This document shows positions 50,986 through 60,444 of a DNA stretch of 64,000 nucleotides, in pieces. The notes beneath the pieces were generated by a model. It was not told the origin of the DNA. It did no database searches and saw only the letters and a program-made list of their open reading frames with translations. The position numbers and the translations under genes were made by a program. Numbering within the stretch: the first letter of the stretch is position 1; each line of letters opens with the position of its first letter. This DNA is from Leptospiraceae bacterium (GTDB lineage Bacteria > Spirochaetota > Leptospiria > Leptospirales > Leptonemataceae): positions 704,001-768,000 of the forward strand of contig JAVJNR010000004.1 of the NCBI GenBank assembly GCA_040217195.1, in the 5' to 3' direction.

Positions 50986-51774
50986 ATGCTGGAAACCACC
51001 ACAGGAATCATACTTCGAAGCAGAAAGAGCGGCGAATCGGATCGGATACTTGTACTGCTCTCTGTTTCCGATGAAGTGTTGCAACTGAAGTACCATGGAA
51101 TCCAGGCAAGCCAGCGCCGAAGTCAGCTCAGCGTACAGCCCGGAAATTCAGTGGAAGTGGTTTTCTATCGCAAATCTTCTCAAAGCGATCTTTACAGTAT
51201 CAAGGAGCTTACTCTGCAGAAGCAACTGAATGTGCAGGGGCGTTATAACGATCTTCAACGTCTGGCAGCCGTACTGGCCCTCATCCATGCATCCGGAGAA
51301 CCCTCGCTGCCCGGTCTCCATACTCTGGCATCGGGGGCTCTGGAAACTCTGGAAAGCGGTGAAAACAACAACGAAGGATGGTTCGAAAATCTGCTGGGCT
51401 TTCTGGTGGTTCGAATTCAGAAACTTCAGGGACTCCTGGGAGAAGTGGATCAATGTTCTGGATGCGGAGCTTCTCTCTGGGATCTGAAGAAGTGGCCGCC
51501 GGATCTATGGCAGCCTTCCTACTGGAATGAGCCGGAGCTGGACTTTCTATGCGAACAATGCGCGCTGAAGGAAAGCCAGCTTGCCGCCAGAGCCCAGACG
51601 CTTCATGCAATCTGGATTTTCGCCGCTGCCCGAATGAGGTTCGGTGCATTTGAGCAAGCTTTGAAGACCTTTCCCACAATAACTGGACCCGGAAATACAC
51701 CTGCTTTGTTGCTTCGCTCGGTGGAGCATTTTCTGGGCCCATTGAAGGAACTTCGATTTACCGATTCCGATTGA
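50986..51774 (+). CDS. recO: DNA repair protein RecO
   Basis: GIILRS...GESDRIL N-terminal OB motif; CSGC...CEQC zinc finger. Confidence 0.8.
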   Translation: MLETTTGIILRSRKSGESDRILVLLSVSDEVLQLKYHGIQASQRRSQLSVQPGNSVEVVFYRKSSQSDLYSIKELTLQKQLNVQGRYNDLQRLAAVLALIHASGEPSLPGLHTLASGALETLESGENNNEGWFENLLGFLVVRIQKLQGLLGEVDQCSGCGASLWDLKKWPPDLWQPSYWNEPELDFLCEQCALKESQLAARAQTLHAIWIFAAARMRFGAFEQALKTFPTITGPGNTPALLLRSVEHFLGPLKELRFTDSD

Positions 51775-51804
51775 AGCCAGATTCGGACTGATAATCCTGG
51801 CTTC

Positions 51805-53745
51805 ATGAAGCTTCTGAAGGATCTGGTTACTGACCTATTCTCCCAATCCCTTTCTACTATTGCAGGCATTGATCTGGAAGCGAGGATCGAATATGCCAGA
51901 GAGGAGAAATTCGGGGACTATGCATGTACTTCTGCTCTGGATCAAAGGGTCCGAGAGGCCTGTAACATCAAGAATCCAAGGGAACTGGCTGAGCTGGTCA
52001 TTGAAAAACTGCAGACTGCTACAATCGATCTGGAGGCCCAAACGGCAGAGGCCGGAAAGGGAAAGGTCAGTGGTTCCCAATGTTTTTCCGATATTTCCAT
52101 TGCCGGGCCTGGATTCATCAACGTAACGCTTTCGCAGCCTGTATTAATGCTATTGCTGAACAGGGTACTGAAAATTGGCAGTGAATACGGAAAAAGCGAA
52201 GGAACCAAAAAACGCAAGATCATATTTGAATTCGTATCAGCCAATCCCACCGGTCCATTAAATGTTGTTTCTGCCCGGGCGGCTGCCCTGGGAGATAGTT
52301 GCTGCAATCTATTGGAAGCCGCCGGCCACGAAGTATATAGAGAATATTATGTTAACGACTACGGAAACCAGGTGTTCCTTCTGGGAATCAGCTGCGTTCT
52401 GCGGCTGATGGAATCCGAAGGGGTTTCTGTCCTGTTCGCCAGCAAAGGACCGGAAGGACCAGAATATGAAAATAAGCCTGGCCTGCTATTTCCGGATCAG
52501 GGATACCATGGCGAATATCTAGTAGATGTATTGAATCGTCTGATTGAGAATCAGCCGGATCTAAAACCGGATGAGTCCATTGTCCAGGCGCTTAAGGATC
52601 TTGGAAAGAAGAACCATTCCAGCCAGCCAGATCCGGTATCTCTGATTCAAGAAGCCGGAGCCCTGGATTACGCAGATCGTCTGGGTCAGGCTGTAACAGA
52701 ATTCCTGCGCTCTACACATGAAGAAGATTTAAAAGCCTTTAGAGTGGAATTCGATAGGTTCTTCTCCGAAAGAAGTCTCCATGAATCTGGTCAGGTGCTG
52801 AAGGTTCTTGATGAACTGCAAGACCATATTTTCCAGGAAAATGGCAAGAAGCTCTTTCGCTCCACTGAATACGGTGATGACAAAGATAGAGTTGTAGTTC
52901 GAGACGATGGCAGACCCACTTATCTGCTCGCCGACATAGCGTACCATAAAAGCAAATTGGATCGCGGTCATGAGGAAATTATCGATATCTGGGGCCCGGA
53001 TCATCATGGTTATATTGCACGACTGAAGGGAGCCATGATGGCCCTTAAATTTCCGGAAGAGAAGTTTAAGATCCTGATTGCGCAGCAGGTAAATCTGCTC
53101 TCCAACGGTGAACCGGTGGTCATGAGTAAAAGAACCGGCCAGTTCGTAACCCTCCGGGAACTAATTGAAGAGATTCCTCTGGATGTAATAAGATATTTCT
53201 TTGTAATGCGCTCTTTTGAATCCCACCTGGACTTTGATCTGGAAGAAGCAAAGGACACTTCAGATAAAAACCCGTACTATTATGTGGGCTATGCCCATGC
53301 CCGAGTGAGATCAATATTTCGTAGATGCGAAGAAGAATCCATAATTACAGATGAAGCCAGTGTGCTCAGAGAATTGAGCCAAAAGAAGGACATTGGCCAG
53401 TCTGACCGGATGGAAGACTCTCTGCCCGATGTACTGTCCTCTCAGATAAATGCCATCGCTTCTCCGGAAAGAAGACGATTGATCTGGTTGGCCGTAAGGT
53501 TTCCTGAAGAAGTGCGCGATGCTGCAGAATCCTTCGAACCCCATCGATTGGTGCAAACCCTGTATCAACTGGCACAGGCACTGTCTCGTTTCTACGGCGT
53601 TCCAGAAAACAAAGTTTTGACTCGAAGCCCCCAGGAGGCTCGTCTTCTACTGGGAATCCTGGAAGCTGTGGCGCTATGTATTCGAAATGGTCTGAAGCTT
53701 TTGGGGATGGAAGCTCCAGAACGTATGAGCCGTAGCGAAAGTTAA
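51805..53745 (+). CDS. argS: Arginine--tRNA ligase
   Basis: FGDY, GPGFIN, EFVSANPTGPL, EYYVNDYGNQ, TYLLADIAYH, GPDHHGY, MSKRTG, YAHAR. Confidence 0.97.
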   Translation: MKLLKDLVTDLFSQSLSTIAGIDLEARIEYAREEKFGDYACTSALDQRVREACNIKNPRELAELVIEKLQTATIDLEAQTAEAGKGKVSGSQCFSDISIAGPGFINVTLSQPVLMLLLNRVLKIGSEYGKSEGTKKRKIIFEFVSANPTGPLNVVSARAAALGDSCCNLLEAAGHEVYREYYVNDYGNQVFLLGISCVLRLMESEGVSVLFASKGPEGPEYENKPGLLFPDQGYHGEYLVDVLNRLIENQPDLKPDESIVQALKDLGKKNHSSQPDPVSLIQEAGALDYADRLGQAVTEFLRSTHEEDLKAFRVEFDRFFSERSLHESGQVLKVLDELQDHIFQENGKKLFRSTEYGDDKDRVVVRDDGRPTYLLADIAYHKSKLDRGHEEIIDIWGPDHHGYIARLKGAMMALKFPEEKFKILIAQQVNLLSNGEPVVMSKRTGQFVTLRELIEEIPLDVIRYFFVMRSFESHLDFDLEEAKDTSDKNPYYYVGYAHARVRSIFRRCEEESIITDEASVLRELSQKKDIGQSDRMEDSLPDVLSSQINAIASPERRRLIWLAVRFPEEVRDAAESFEPHRLVQTLYQLAQALSRFYGVPENKVLTRSPQEARLLLGILEAVALCIRNGLKLLGMEAPERMSRSES

Positions 53746-53861
53746 CTGGATTTTCAGGCGGAAACGGTGGACGGAGCGGCCAGTCCATTCTTATCATAGT
53801 GAATAGCTATGGTAGCAGATTGCCATGGGTCTTTCAATTTCGTTTTGGCAAAGGAGAATGT

Positions 53862-54341
53862 ATGTCTATTCATGATTATGAAGTAAAAACCATTCAGGGC
53901 GAAGAGCGTTCGCTTAAGGATTATAAAGGGAACCTTCTGATGGTAGTAAATGTAGCCAGCAAATGTGGTCTTACACCCCAGTACAAAGGTCTGGAAGAAT
54001 TGTATCGCAAGTATAAAGACAGAGGATTTCGCATTCTTGGCTTTCCATGCAATCAGTTCATGGGACAAGAGCCTGGCACTGAAGAAGAAATCCAGCAATT
54101 CTGCTCTACAAAATACGATGTAACCTTTGACCTTTTTTCCAAAGTAGATGTAAACGGATCCAATCGGCATCCGGTATATCAGTTTCTGGCAGGCGATGGC
54201 GCCAACTTTCCAGGAGATATTAGCTGGAACTTTGAGAAGTTTCTGGTAGATGGAGAAGGAAAGGTGGTTCAGAGATTTTCTCCTAAAACAGGACCTGCGG
54301 ACCCTTCCATTACGGAAGCTATTGAAAAAAACCTGAGCTGA
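53862..54341 (+). CDS. Cys-type glutathione peroxidase
   Basis: NVASKCGLT, GFPCNQF, WNFEKFL. ATG at 53862 follows AAGGAG. Confidence 0.95.
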   Translation: MSIHDYEVKTIQGEERSLKDYKGNLLMVVNVASKCGLTPQYKGLEELYRKYKDRGFRILGFPCNQFMGQEPGTEEEIQQFCSTKYDVTFDLFSKVDVNGSNRHPVYQFLAGDGANFPGDISWNFEKFLVDGEGKVVQRFSPKTGPADPSITEAIEKNLS

Positions 54342-54433
54342 AAGCCGGGTACCACCTGCCAATGTTTGCAGGTCCCGGCAGTTCAGTGCACTGGACAGAG
54401 GCTTCTATTCTTTATTAGCTCGTCATATAGAAT

Positions 54434-54769
54434 ATGGCTGAGAAAAGAAAAGAAAAAAGAATCAATTCAGTGCTTCCCATTACGGTCCGGACTCCCAGGT
54501 CCACGGTACAATGTGTCAGCATGAACGTATCCAGAAGCGGTGTTGGTTTTCTGAGCGAGAAGATTATTCCACCGGGCTCGGTGACTCTTCAGATTGCGCA
54601 GTCATCGGTAAAGGGGCGAATCCTTTATCGCAAAGAGCATGGGCCCGGATCGGTTATGAGCACAAGCAACGTATACCAGTACGGAGTGAGGCTGGAAGTA
54701 TCCGTGCCTGCCGCTGAACTGGAAAAATGGATATTCACTTCAAGAATGCCATCCAAGGGAAGAGCCTGA
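54434..54769 (+). CDS. Stand-alone PilZ-domain protein
   Basis: RxxxR (RKEKR) and NxSxxG (NVSRSG) motifs. Confidence 0.8.
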   Translation: MAEKRKEKRINSVLPITVRTPRSTVQCVSMNVSRSGVGFLSEKIIPPGSVTLQIAQSSVKGRILYRKEHGPGSVMSTSNVYQYGVRLEVSVPAAELEKWIFTSRMPSKGRA

Positions 54770-54867
54770 TTCTTGAATTTGCTCAGGGATTCTCCGCCAG
54801 ACCAGAAACGGCCGCTCCGAAAGAGTCAGACGATATCCGTATTAAAGAATTACAAGGCAGAAAGGCC

Positions 54868-54899
54868 GGAAAGTAGGAAAGCAGGATAGTAGGAAAGTA
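54868..54899. repeat. 8-bp tandem repeat x4
   Basis: ggaaagta ggaaagca ggatagta ggaaagta. Confidence 0.6.
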
Positions 54900-55088
54900 C
54901 AGACAGCAAGCCGCGAAAGAAGTTCGATCGAACTCGATCGGGTCTGGGTTGCAGCCCCTTGCTCAGGCCGGACACCACTCTCATTTAAATCAAGAAAGCA
55001 CGGATAGAAATTACATAAGCGAGTGCAAGAAGCTCTAGAAGCAGTCCACCGAGATGGTTTCGGGTCGGTTTGAATTGCGAAACAATAG

Positions 55089-56225
55089 TTAATGTGAAAT
55101 GTTCGAATCCAGGCGAATTTGAGGCAGATACTTACCTCCCTGGTATTTCTGTAAAAAGTCCACAATCCATTCTCTAACCTGGCATCTAAGATCCCACAGT
55201 CTGGCCGAATCAGAACTACTGACCAGACAGCGCAGAACGATGGTGCGATCCGTAGCCTCTGTGACCTGGAGCCCCACAGCCTTTCCGTCCCAGTTTTCGC
55301 AGCCTTTTACAAAATCAATGAGTGCATTACGAACCTCTGCTACAGGTATGGAGTAATCCGCATGAACTTCAACTGTGCCCAGCAACTCCGAGGAGCTTCT
55401 AGTCCAATTTTCAAAGCTAGAATGTAGAATGCTTTCCACAGGAAGTATGAGCCTACGAAGATCCCATGTTCTTACCACTACGAAGGTCAACTGGATTTCC
55501 TCCACAGTGCCATACTGCCCTTCTACAATTAGTACATCTCCCAGGCGAATGGGCTGAGTTATTGCGATCTGTAACCCGGCAACAAGACTCTGAATAGATT
55601 TCTGAGCTGCAAAGCCCATCATGATTCCTGCAATACCGGCAGAAGCCAGAAGGGAAACTCCAATCTTTCGAACCACATCAAATTGCATTAGAATCAATGC
55701 TGCGCAAAAGACGATAATGAAAATTCCACCGATCCTACGAAAGACGGCCACCCGGGTACGAATACCTCGACTTCGATGTACATCTTCCCTGGAAGCAGCC
55801 AGCAATGCCAGCATGGAAAGAAAACCCACCAATCTGTGGGCTGCCCAGCCAAGCACAATTACCAGAGTAATCAGAAGTGATCGATCTACAATACCCTGAA
55901 CTGGTTCATGCAGGAGCAGCAGACGAAAAGACACAAATTGAATTAGAATAAAAAAGAAGAATCGAAAAGGCCCTTTCATCTGATCGATCAGCTGATCGTC
56001 CCAGGCTATTTCAGTTTTCTTTGATAGTTTGCGCAGGGTCTTTACAATTAATCCGCCTACTGCATAGGCCAGTCCCAGAGCCAGAGCGATAGCCAGAGGC
56101 ATACCAATCCATTGCCACAGCTCCACATCCAGAAACTGCACAGATTGCAGCCAGTCTGGAATCCATCCGCGAACCCAATCATTGATTACTTTTTCGTTTT
56201 GCGGCGACAATTCTTCCCAGGTCAT
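55089..56225 (-). CDS. MscS-family mechanosensitive channel
   Basis: LLASAGIAGIMMGFAAQ, QPIRLGD, GTVEEIQLT, FENWTR. Confidence 0.92.
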   Translation of the reverse strand: MTWEELSPQNEKVINDWVRGWIPDWLQSVQFLDVELWQWIGMPLAIALALGLAYAVGGLIVKTLRKLSKKTEIAWDDQLIDQMKGPFRFFFFILIQFVSFRLLLLHEPVQGIVDRSLLITLVIVLGWAAHRLVGFLSMLALLAASREDVHRSRGIRTRVAVFRRIGGIFIIVFCAALILMQFDVVRKIGVSLLASAGIAGIMMGFAAQKSIQSLVAGLQIAITQPIRLGDVLIVEGQYGTVEEIQLTFVVVRTWDLRRLILPVESILHSSFENWTRSSSELLGTVEVHADYSIPVAEVRNALIDFVKGCENWDGKAVGLQVTEATDRTIVLRCLVSSSDSARLWDLRCQVREWIVDFLQKYQGGKYLPQIRLDSNISH

Positions 56226-56823
56226 TTATATTCGGGATTACAATGCGATCAGCGAAGAGCTCCACTTTACCCTGCTTTACAAAATGACTAATCACTTTTT
56301 GAACTTCATACGTTGGTTGACCACACCAGTTGGCCACATCGTCTACAGATATGTGAAACACCATATTGTTGATCTTTCCATAATTGGGATCTTTTTCCGA
56401 AAGCATCAGAAAAACATCGGCCACTTTTGCCTGTAAGTCTTCCAAAAGCAAGATCTGAAGACGGCGCTTCGCATCATAAATACGTTTAGAGAAAATGACA
56501 AGCAATCGATGGGCCAGTTGCGGATTTCCGTTCATCAAGGTATCGAAGTTTGCACGATTGAAGTGCAGTGTCTTCACTGTATCCATGGCAATGGCGCTGG
56601 CACTTCTAGGTTCCTCCTCCAGAATCGCCATTTCGCCAAAGATGTCGCCCACAGATAGTACATCCAGGGTCTTTTGAGTCTGACCAAAAGTCTTGGTAAT
56701 CTTTACCTGACCGTCTTGAATAAAATAGAAATCATTTCCCGGTTCAAATTCACAGAAGATGATTTCGCCTGGCTCGAACGTCTTGCCAAACTTCTCAAAG
56801 AGGGATTCCGGGAGCAGCATCAT
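56179..56823 (-). CDS. Crp/Fnr-family transcriptional regulator
   Basis: cNMP domain GDIFGEMAIL...PRSASA and a C-terminal HTH-like region. Confidence 0.88.
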   Translation of the reverse strand: MMLLPESLFEKFGKTFEPGEIIFCEFEPGNDFYFIQDGQVKITKTFGQTQKTLDVLSVGDIFGEMAILEEEPRSASAIAMDTVKTLHFNRANFDTLMNGNPQLAHRLLVIFSKRIYDAKRRLQILLLEDLQAKVADVFLMLSEKDPNYGKINNMVFHISVDDVANWCGQPTYEVQKVISHFVKQGKVELFADRIVIPNINDLGRIVAAKRKSNQ

Positions 56824-57908
56824 GTTAAAGCTTCCAACCTCTTTTTCGCTTCATCGGTCATTTCATCCGGAGGATTCATGGACACCACTTTCTTGAATAG
56901 TGTGGCCGCCCTATCATTGTTTCCCGAGGACTGTGCAATCATTCCTAGCTGAAAAATGGAAGGCTTAACTGCAGGTCCGGTGGGGTACTGTTTAATATAA
57001 GCGCTAAAAGTCTGGGATGCTTCGTTGACCTGTTTCAGTTTAATCTGAGTACGCCCCAGTTCATAGAGACATTTGGCCACGGCAGCACCCTCTGCTTCTG
57101 TATGTGGACTGGTTACTTCCTGAGCTTTCTGGTATCTCTCTGCCGCACTATCAAAATCACCGTTGCGAAAGAACTCCTGACCTTCCTGTAATAATTCCGT
57201 TGCATCGATTCCGCCAGAACCATCGCCATCTCCAAAACTGTCATCGTCAGGCATGGCAAATGGATCGTCGTCCACGGAGTCCGCAGGTAACATACTCTGG
57301 GCCATAAATGAAGGATCCAGAGTATCCTGCCCGGGCCCGGTTTGAGATTCCAGTTCAGGATAGCCAGTAGGATAGGATTGCCCCTTTCGCGCCATTTGAA
57401 GCAGCTCCTGGGCACGCGAAGAGAACTCACCGTTGGGATAATAACCCATGTATCTTTCAAAAGCATACACAGCATGATCCACATTGCCGGTGCGGAAGAA
57501 GGATTCTGCTACGTTCATCAATTCAAAGGCTGGATCTCTGGTGGAGTCCGCCTTCAGGATGTTGCGCACCTGGCGATGTATGTCTCGAAGCTGTTTGGAG
57601 AACACCCTGAGCATTTTAAGTATTAATCTGGTGTTCTTTAAAATGAATTGCTCGAACTCATTAAGTTTAAATACAACAAGAGTGGTTTTTCCAATTACCT
57701 GGGCCGTCTCTTCCCGGGGATATCGTCCCATACTGGACTTGACCGCGAAGAATTCACCCACCGCCACTTCTTCACGGATTTCCTCGCCAGAGTCGATTGC
57801 TGTACTGATCAATACAACACGGCCGGACTGCAGCACGTACACATCGTCCCCTTTGTCACCCTGGAAGTAGACTATGGAACCACCGGTGTAAATTCTTGAA
57901 ACAGGCAT
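56820..57908 (-). CDS. cNMP-binding domain plus TPR protein
   Basis: N-terminal cNMP fold (VYFQGD, GEFF, PREETA), acidic linker, TPR helices. Confidence 0.85.
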   Translation of the reverse strand: MPVSRIYTGGSIVYFQGDKGDDVYVLQSGRVVLISTAIDSGEEIREEVAVGEFFAVKSSMGRYPREETAQVIGKTTLVVFKLNEFEQFILKNTRLILKMLRVFSKQLRDIHRQVRNILKADSTRDPAFELMNVAESFFRTGNVDHAVYAFERYMGYYPNGEFSSRAQELLQMARKGQSYPTGYPELESQTGPGQDTLDPSFMAQSMLPADSVDDDPFAMPDDDSFGDGDGSGGIDATELLQEGQEFFRNGDFDSAAERYQKAQEVTSPHTEAEGAAVAKCLYELGRTQIKLKQVNEASQTFSAYIKQYPTGPAVKPSIFQLGMIAQSSGNNDRAATLFKKVVSMNPPDEMTDEAKKRLEALT

Positions 57909-57909
57909 C

Positions 57910-59151
57910 TTATAACGCTACTGGCAGTATTTCCGAGATTCGGTTGCGACCGGCCACAGAAGATAGAGAGTCTAGCACTCCGGAAACACCCGCTACAATC
58001 AATTTTCGGGAACTACCCACCTGAATTCGATCAAAATTCACATTACAATGTCGAAACACGGGCTCCAGAGTTTCCTCCCCATAGACCGGTACACCGTCTC
58101 TGATAACCAGAAAAACTTTTTCCGGACTAAGGTCGGCAATTACCTGCTGAATGTCCCGACTTCTACTCTGAACTACAAGCACATCGGCCTTTTTCCCGGC
58201 CTCCAGAGTCCCTCGATCCCCCTGTCGGAAGATGCGGGCCGGGTTAGAAAGCAATATCTCTGGAAGGAGATCAATATGAGACCCCAGGGTTTGCCGGGCC
58301 AGTTGTAGATTATCGATCATTCCCTTTCCGCCGGCCATGGCAGTATCCGTGCCCAGGCAAAAGGGAATCCTGCGTTCCAGAATTGCCTCTACAGGCATTG
58401 TTCGATCATACAGAAATTCATTACTTACCGGGCACCATACCAGACAGGCCCCGGATTCGGCCACCAGGTCCAGATCAGACTCGGAAAGAGATAGACCGTG
58501 AACCAGCACCGTTTCCGGTCCCAGGGCCCCGAATTCATCCAGCATCTTCAATGAGTCCCGGCTTTCCGGGTCAAAACCCTCCGCTATATGAACTATGAAA
58601 GGCAGTCCATTTTCACGAGCCCTTTGATACTCACGGGAGATTCCATCTCCCCACTTCAAGGAATAAGAAGAAACACTATGGGCTATACCAAAGTCAGATA
58701 GCAGTGTGACCGGGATCTGTGACTCAAACGGCTTGCGAACGAAATCGGGTATATGGTCCACCACCATGGTGCAACCATTCATCAGATTCCTGTAAGCACC
58801 GAGCTGGTATAAATCGGCTACATCCAAAAGCATTCGATCCTGAAACTCCTGAGAAGACTTCACCTCATTGTCCCAGGAAAGCCAGTTCATGTGGGGGAAA
58901 CCACGGCCCCGATAAGGAAGGTAGCTGGCCAGTAAAGAGTCATGGCCATTAATTAGAGCGGGCAAAACGGCCAGACCATGAAGATTCAGACTGAGTAGAT
59001 CATCATGCTCATCGCCATCCGAGAGAACTTCTTCAATGGAATCGCCGGAAAAACATAGCCCGGACATGGAGTGGAATCCATCATCCTGGTAGATTTCCGC
59101 ATTTGTTATTTGCCAGCGTTCCACAGATCCCCCCATCTCTTTTCGGGCCAA
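57910..59151 (-). CDS. Amidohydrolase-family protein
   Basis: LPALINGHDS, HIAEG, VHG, CPVSN, LGTD, GTLEAGKKAD. Confidence 0.85.
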   Translation of the reverse strand: MARKEMGGSVERWQITNAEIYQDDGFHSMSGLCFSGDSIEEVLSDGDEHDDLLSLNLHGLAVLPALINGHDSLLASYLPYRGRGFPHMNWLSWDNEVKSSQEFQDRMLLDVADLYQLGAYRNLMNGCTMVVDHIPDFVRKPFESQIPVTLLSDFGIAHSVSSYSLKWGDGISREYQRARENGLPFIVHIAEGFDPESRDSLKMLDEFGALGPETVLVHGLSLSESDLDLVAESGACLVWCPVSNEFLYDRTMPVEAILERRIPFCLGTDTAMAGGKGMIDNLQLARQTLGSHIDLLPEILLSNPARIFRQGDRGTLEAGKKADVLVVQSRSRDIQQVIADLSPEKVFLVIRDGVPVYGEETLEPVFRHCNVNFDRIQVGSSRKLIVAGVSGVLDSLSSVAGRNRISEILPVAL

Positions 59152-59311
59152 TCACCTCATTTTGGACATAATCCGGATGAAAAAAGCGATACTCGATCCT
59201 CCCTGCATTCAGGCACGGGTCAAGCATTCCGGTTAGCAGCGCAGCCTTTTTAGCCTAAAAGACTTGACCATCAACCCACCATCAGAATTCCTTGCTGGAA
59301 GGTGGTGAATC

Positions 59312-59590
59312 GTGGCTAATATTAAATCCTCCAAAAAGGATATTCGAAGAACAGAAAAGCGTCGTGCTCTAAACGCTCAACAAAAGGCAAGACTGCGTAC
59401 TTTTGATAAGAAAGTTCGTAATCTTATGGCTGAAGGGAAAACGGATGAGGCCAAGCTGGCGTTTCGTTCCTTTTCTGCATTTGTTGACCGTGCCGGAAAG
59501 CGCAATCTGATCCACCATCGTCAGGCAGATCGTCGTAAGTCTCGTCTGGCCCACCTGATCAACGGAGGAGCCAACCAGGCTTCTGCTTAA
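59312..59590 (+). CDS. rpsT: 30S ribosomal protein S20
   Basis: MANIKSSKKDIR...IHHRQADRRKSRL. Confidence 0.96.
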   Translation: MANIKSSKKDIRRTEKRRALNAQQKARLRTFDKKVRNLMAEGKTDEAKLAFRSFSAFVDRAGKRNLIHHRQADRRKSRLAHLINGGANQASA

Positions 59591-59601
59591 TCTCTAAACT
59601 C

Positions 59602-59674
<73 letters not shown>

Positions 59675-59689
59675 CATTCCCTCTACCAG

Positions 59690-59714
59690 AAAGGCCGCTT
59701 ATGCGGCCTTTTTT
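59690..59714 (+). terminator. Intrinsic terminator after tRNA-Val
   Basis: aaaggccgc-ttat-gcggcc followed by T6. Confidence 0.85.
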
Positions 59715-59832
59715 AGTATGGGCCCCGAATCCAGGTGTTTTACTTTCCGGTGAAAGCTCGGCATGCCCGGGCCCGGATTCGTCAACAGCCCCAACCCACT
59801 GCGCAAAATGAAGGCTACTCCGACACTCCGAC

Positions 59833-60198
59833 CTACTTTGTCAGAGTTTCGGAGCCCTGGCCATCGGCCCAGGTCCCTTCCAGCACAGCTCCGTTGTCTT
59901 TTACTTCGTAGATTACCGGAAAGTCCTGACCCCAGTCCACAGTAAGTGTAGTCCCACTCAAATTACCTTTTCCAGAAAACTGATCTCCGGCGATGTTCCA
60001 GTTGAATAGATAGTCTTCCCCGGATTGAGTTACAGTTACATTTCCGCGATAGGGGGTTCCGTCTGGATTTGTACCGTTAACCTGGTAGGTTCCCTGGACT
60101 CCTTCCGATTTTGCAGAGGATTCATTACACTGAGCAAATGTGACAGCCAATACCGTTGCCAGTATTAGTACCCATTTTCGTTGTCCAATTAGTTGCAT
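59833..60198 (-). CDS. Small beta-rich lipoprotein
   Basis: Lipobox-like TFAQC; GTYQVNGTNPDGTPYRG and LEGTW; GGAG RBS. Confidence 0.8.
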   Translation of the reverse strand: MQLIGQRKWVLILATVLAVTFAQCNESSAKSEGVQGTYQVNGTNPDGTPYRGNVTVTQSGEDYLFNWNIAGDQFSGKGNLSGTTLTVDWGQDFPVIYEVKDNGAVLEGTWADGQGSETLTK

Positions 60199-60444
60199 TC
60201 TTGAGCTCCTGAAAGTTTTTTTGCGAATCCATCGCGGATGACCCGAAGATTCAGATTCGATCCACGGATGCCTGAAAGACGGGCCGGAGGATGCGCGACT
60301 AAATTCTAATGTAATAAGACGTTACTGCAAGAAAGAAATTCCACCAGGTGCCAGTGATGCCAATGAAAGCAATTAATCTGTCCGAATTTTCCAGATTCGG
60401 TAGCGATACAGTATTGGGATCCGGTTGCCGATTTCTGCCATCGC

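Noticed and set aside
53862..54341. Selenocysteine glutathione peroxidase
   Set aside because: The active-site codon is TGT (Cys) and there is no in-frame TGA.
54868..54899. 8-bp repeat as a regulatory or phase-variable element
   Set aside because: It is imperfect, short and lies between convergent gene ends, so no promoter or CDS is affected.
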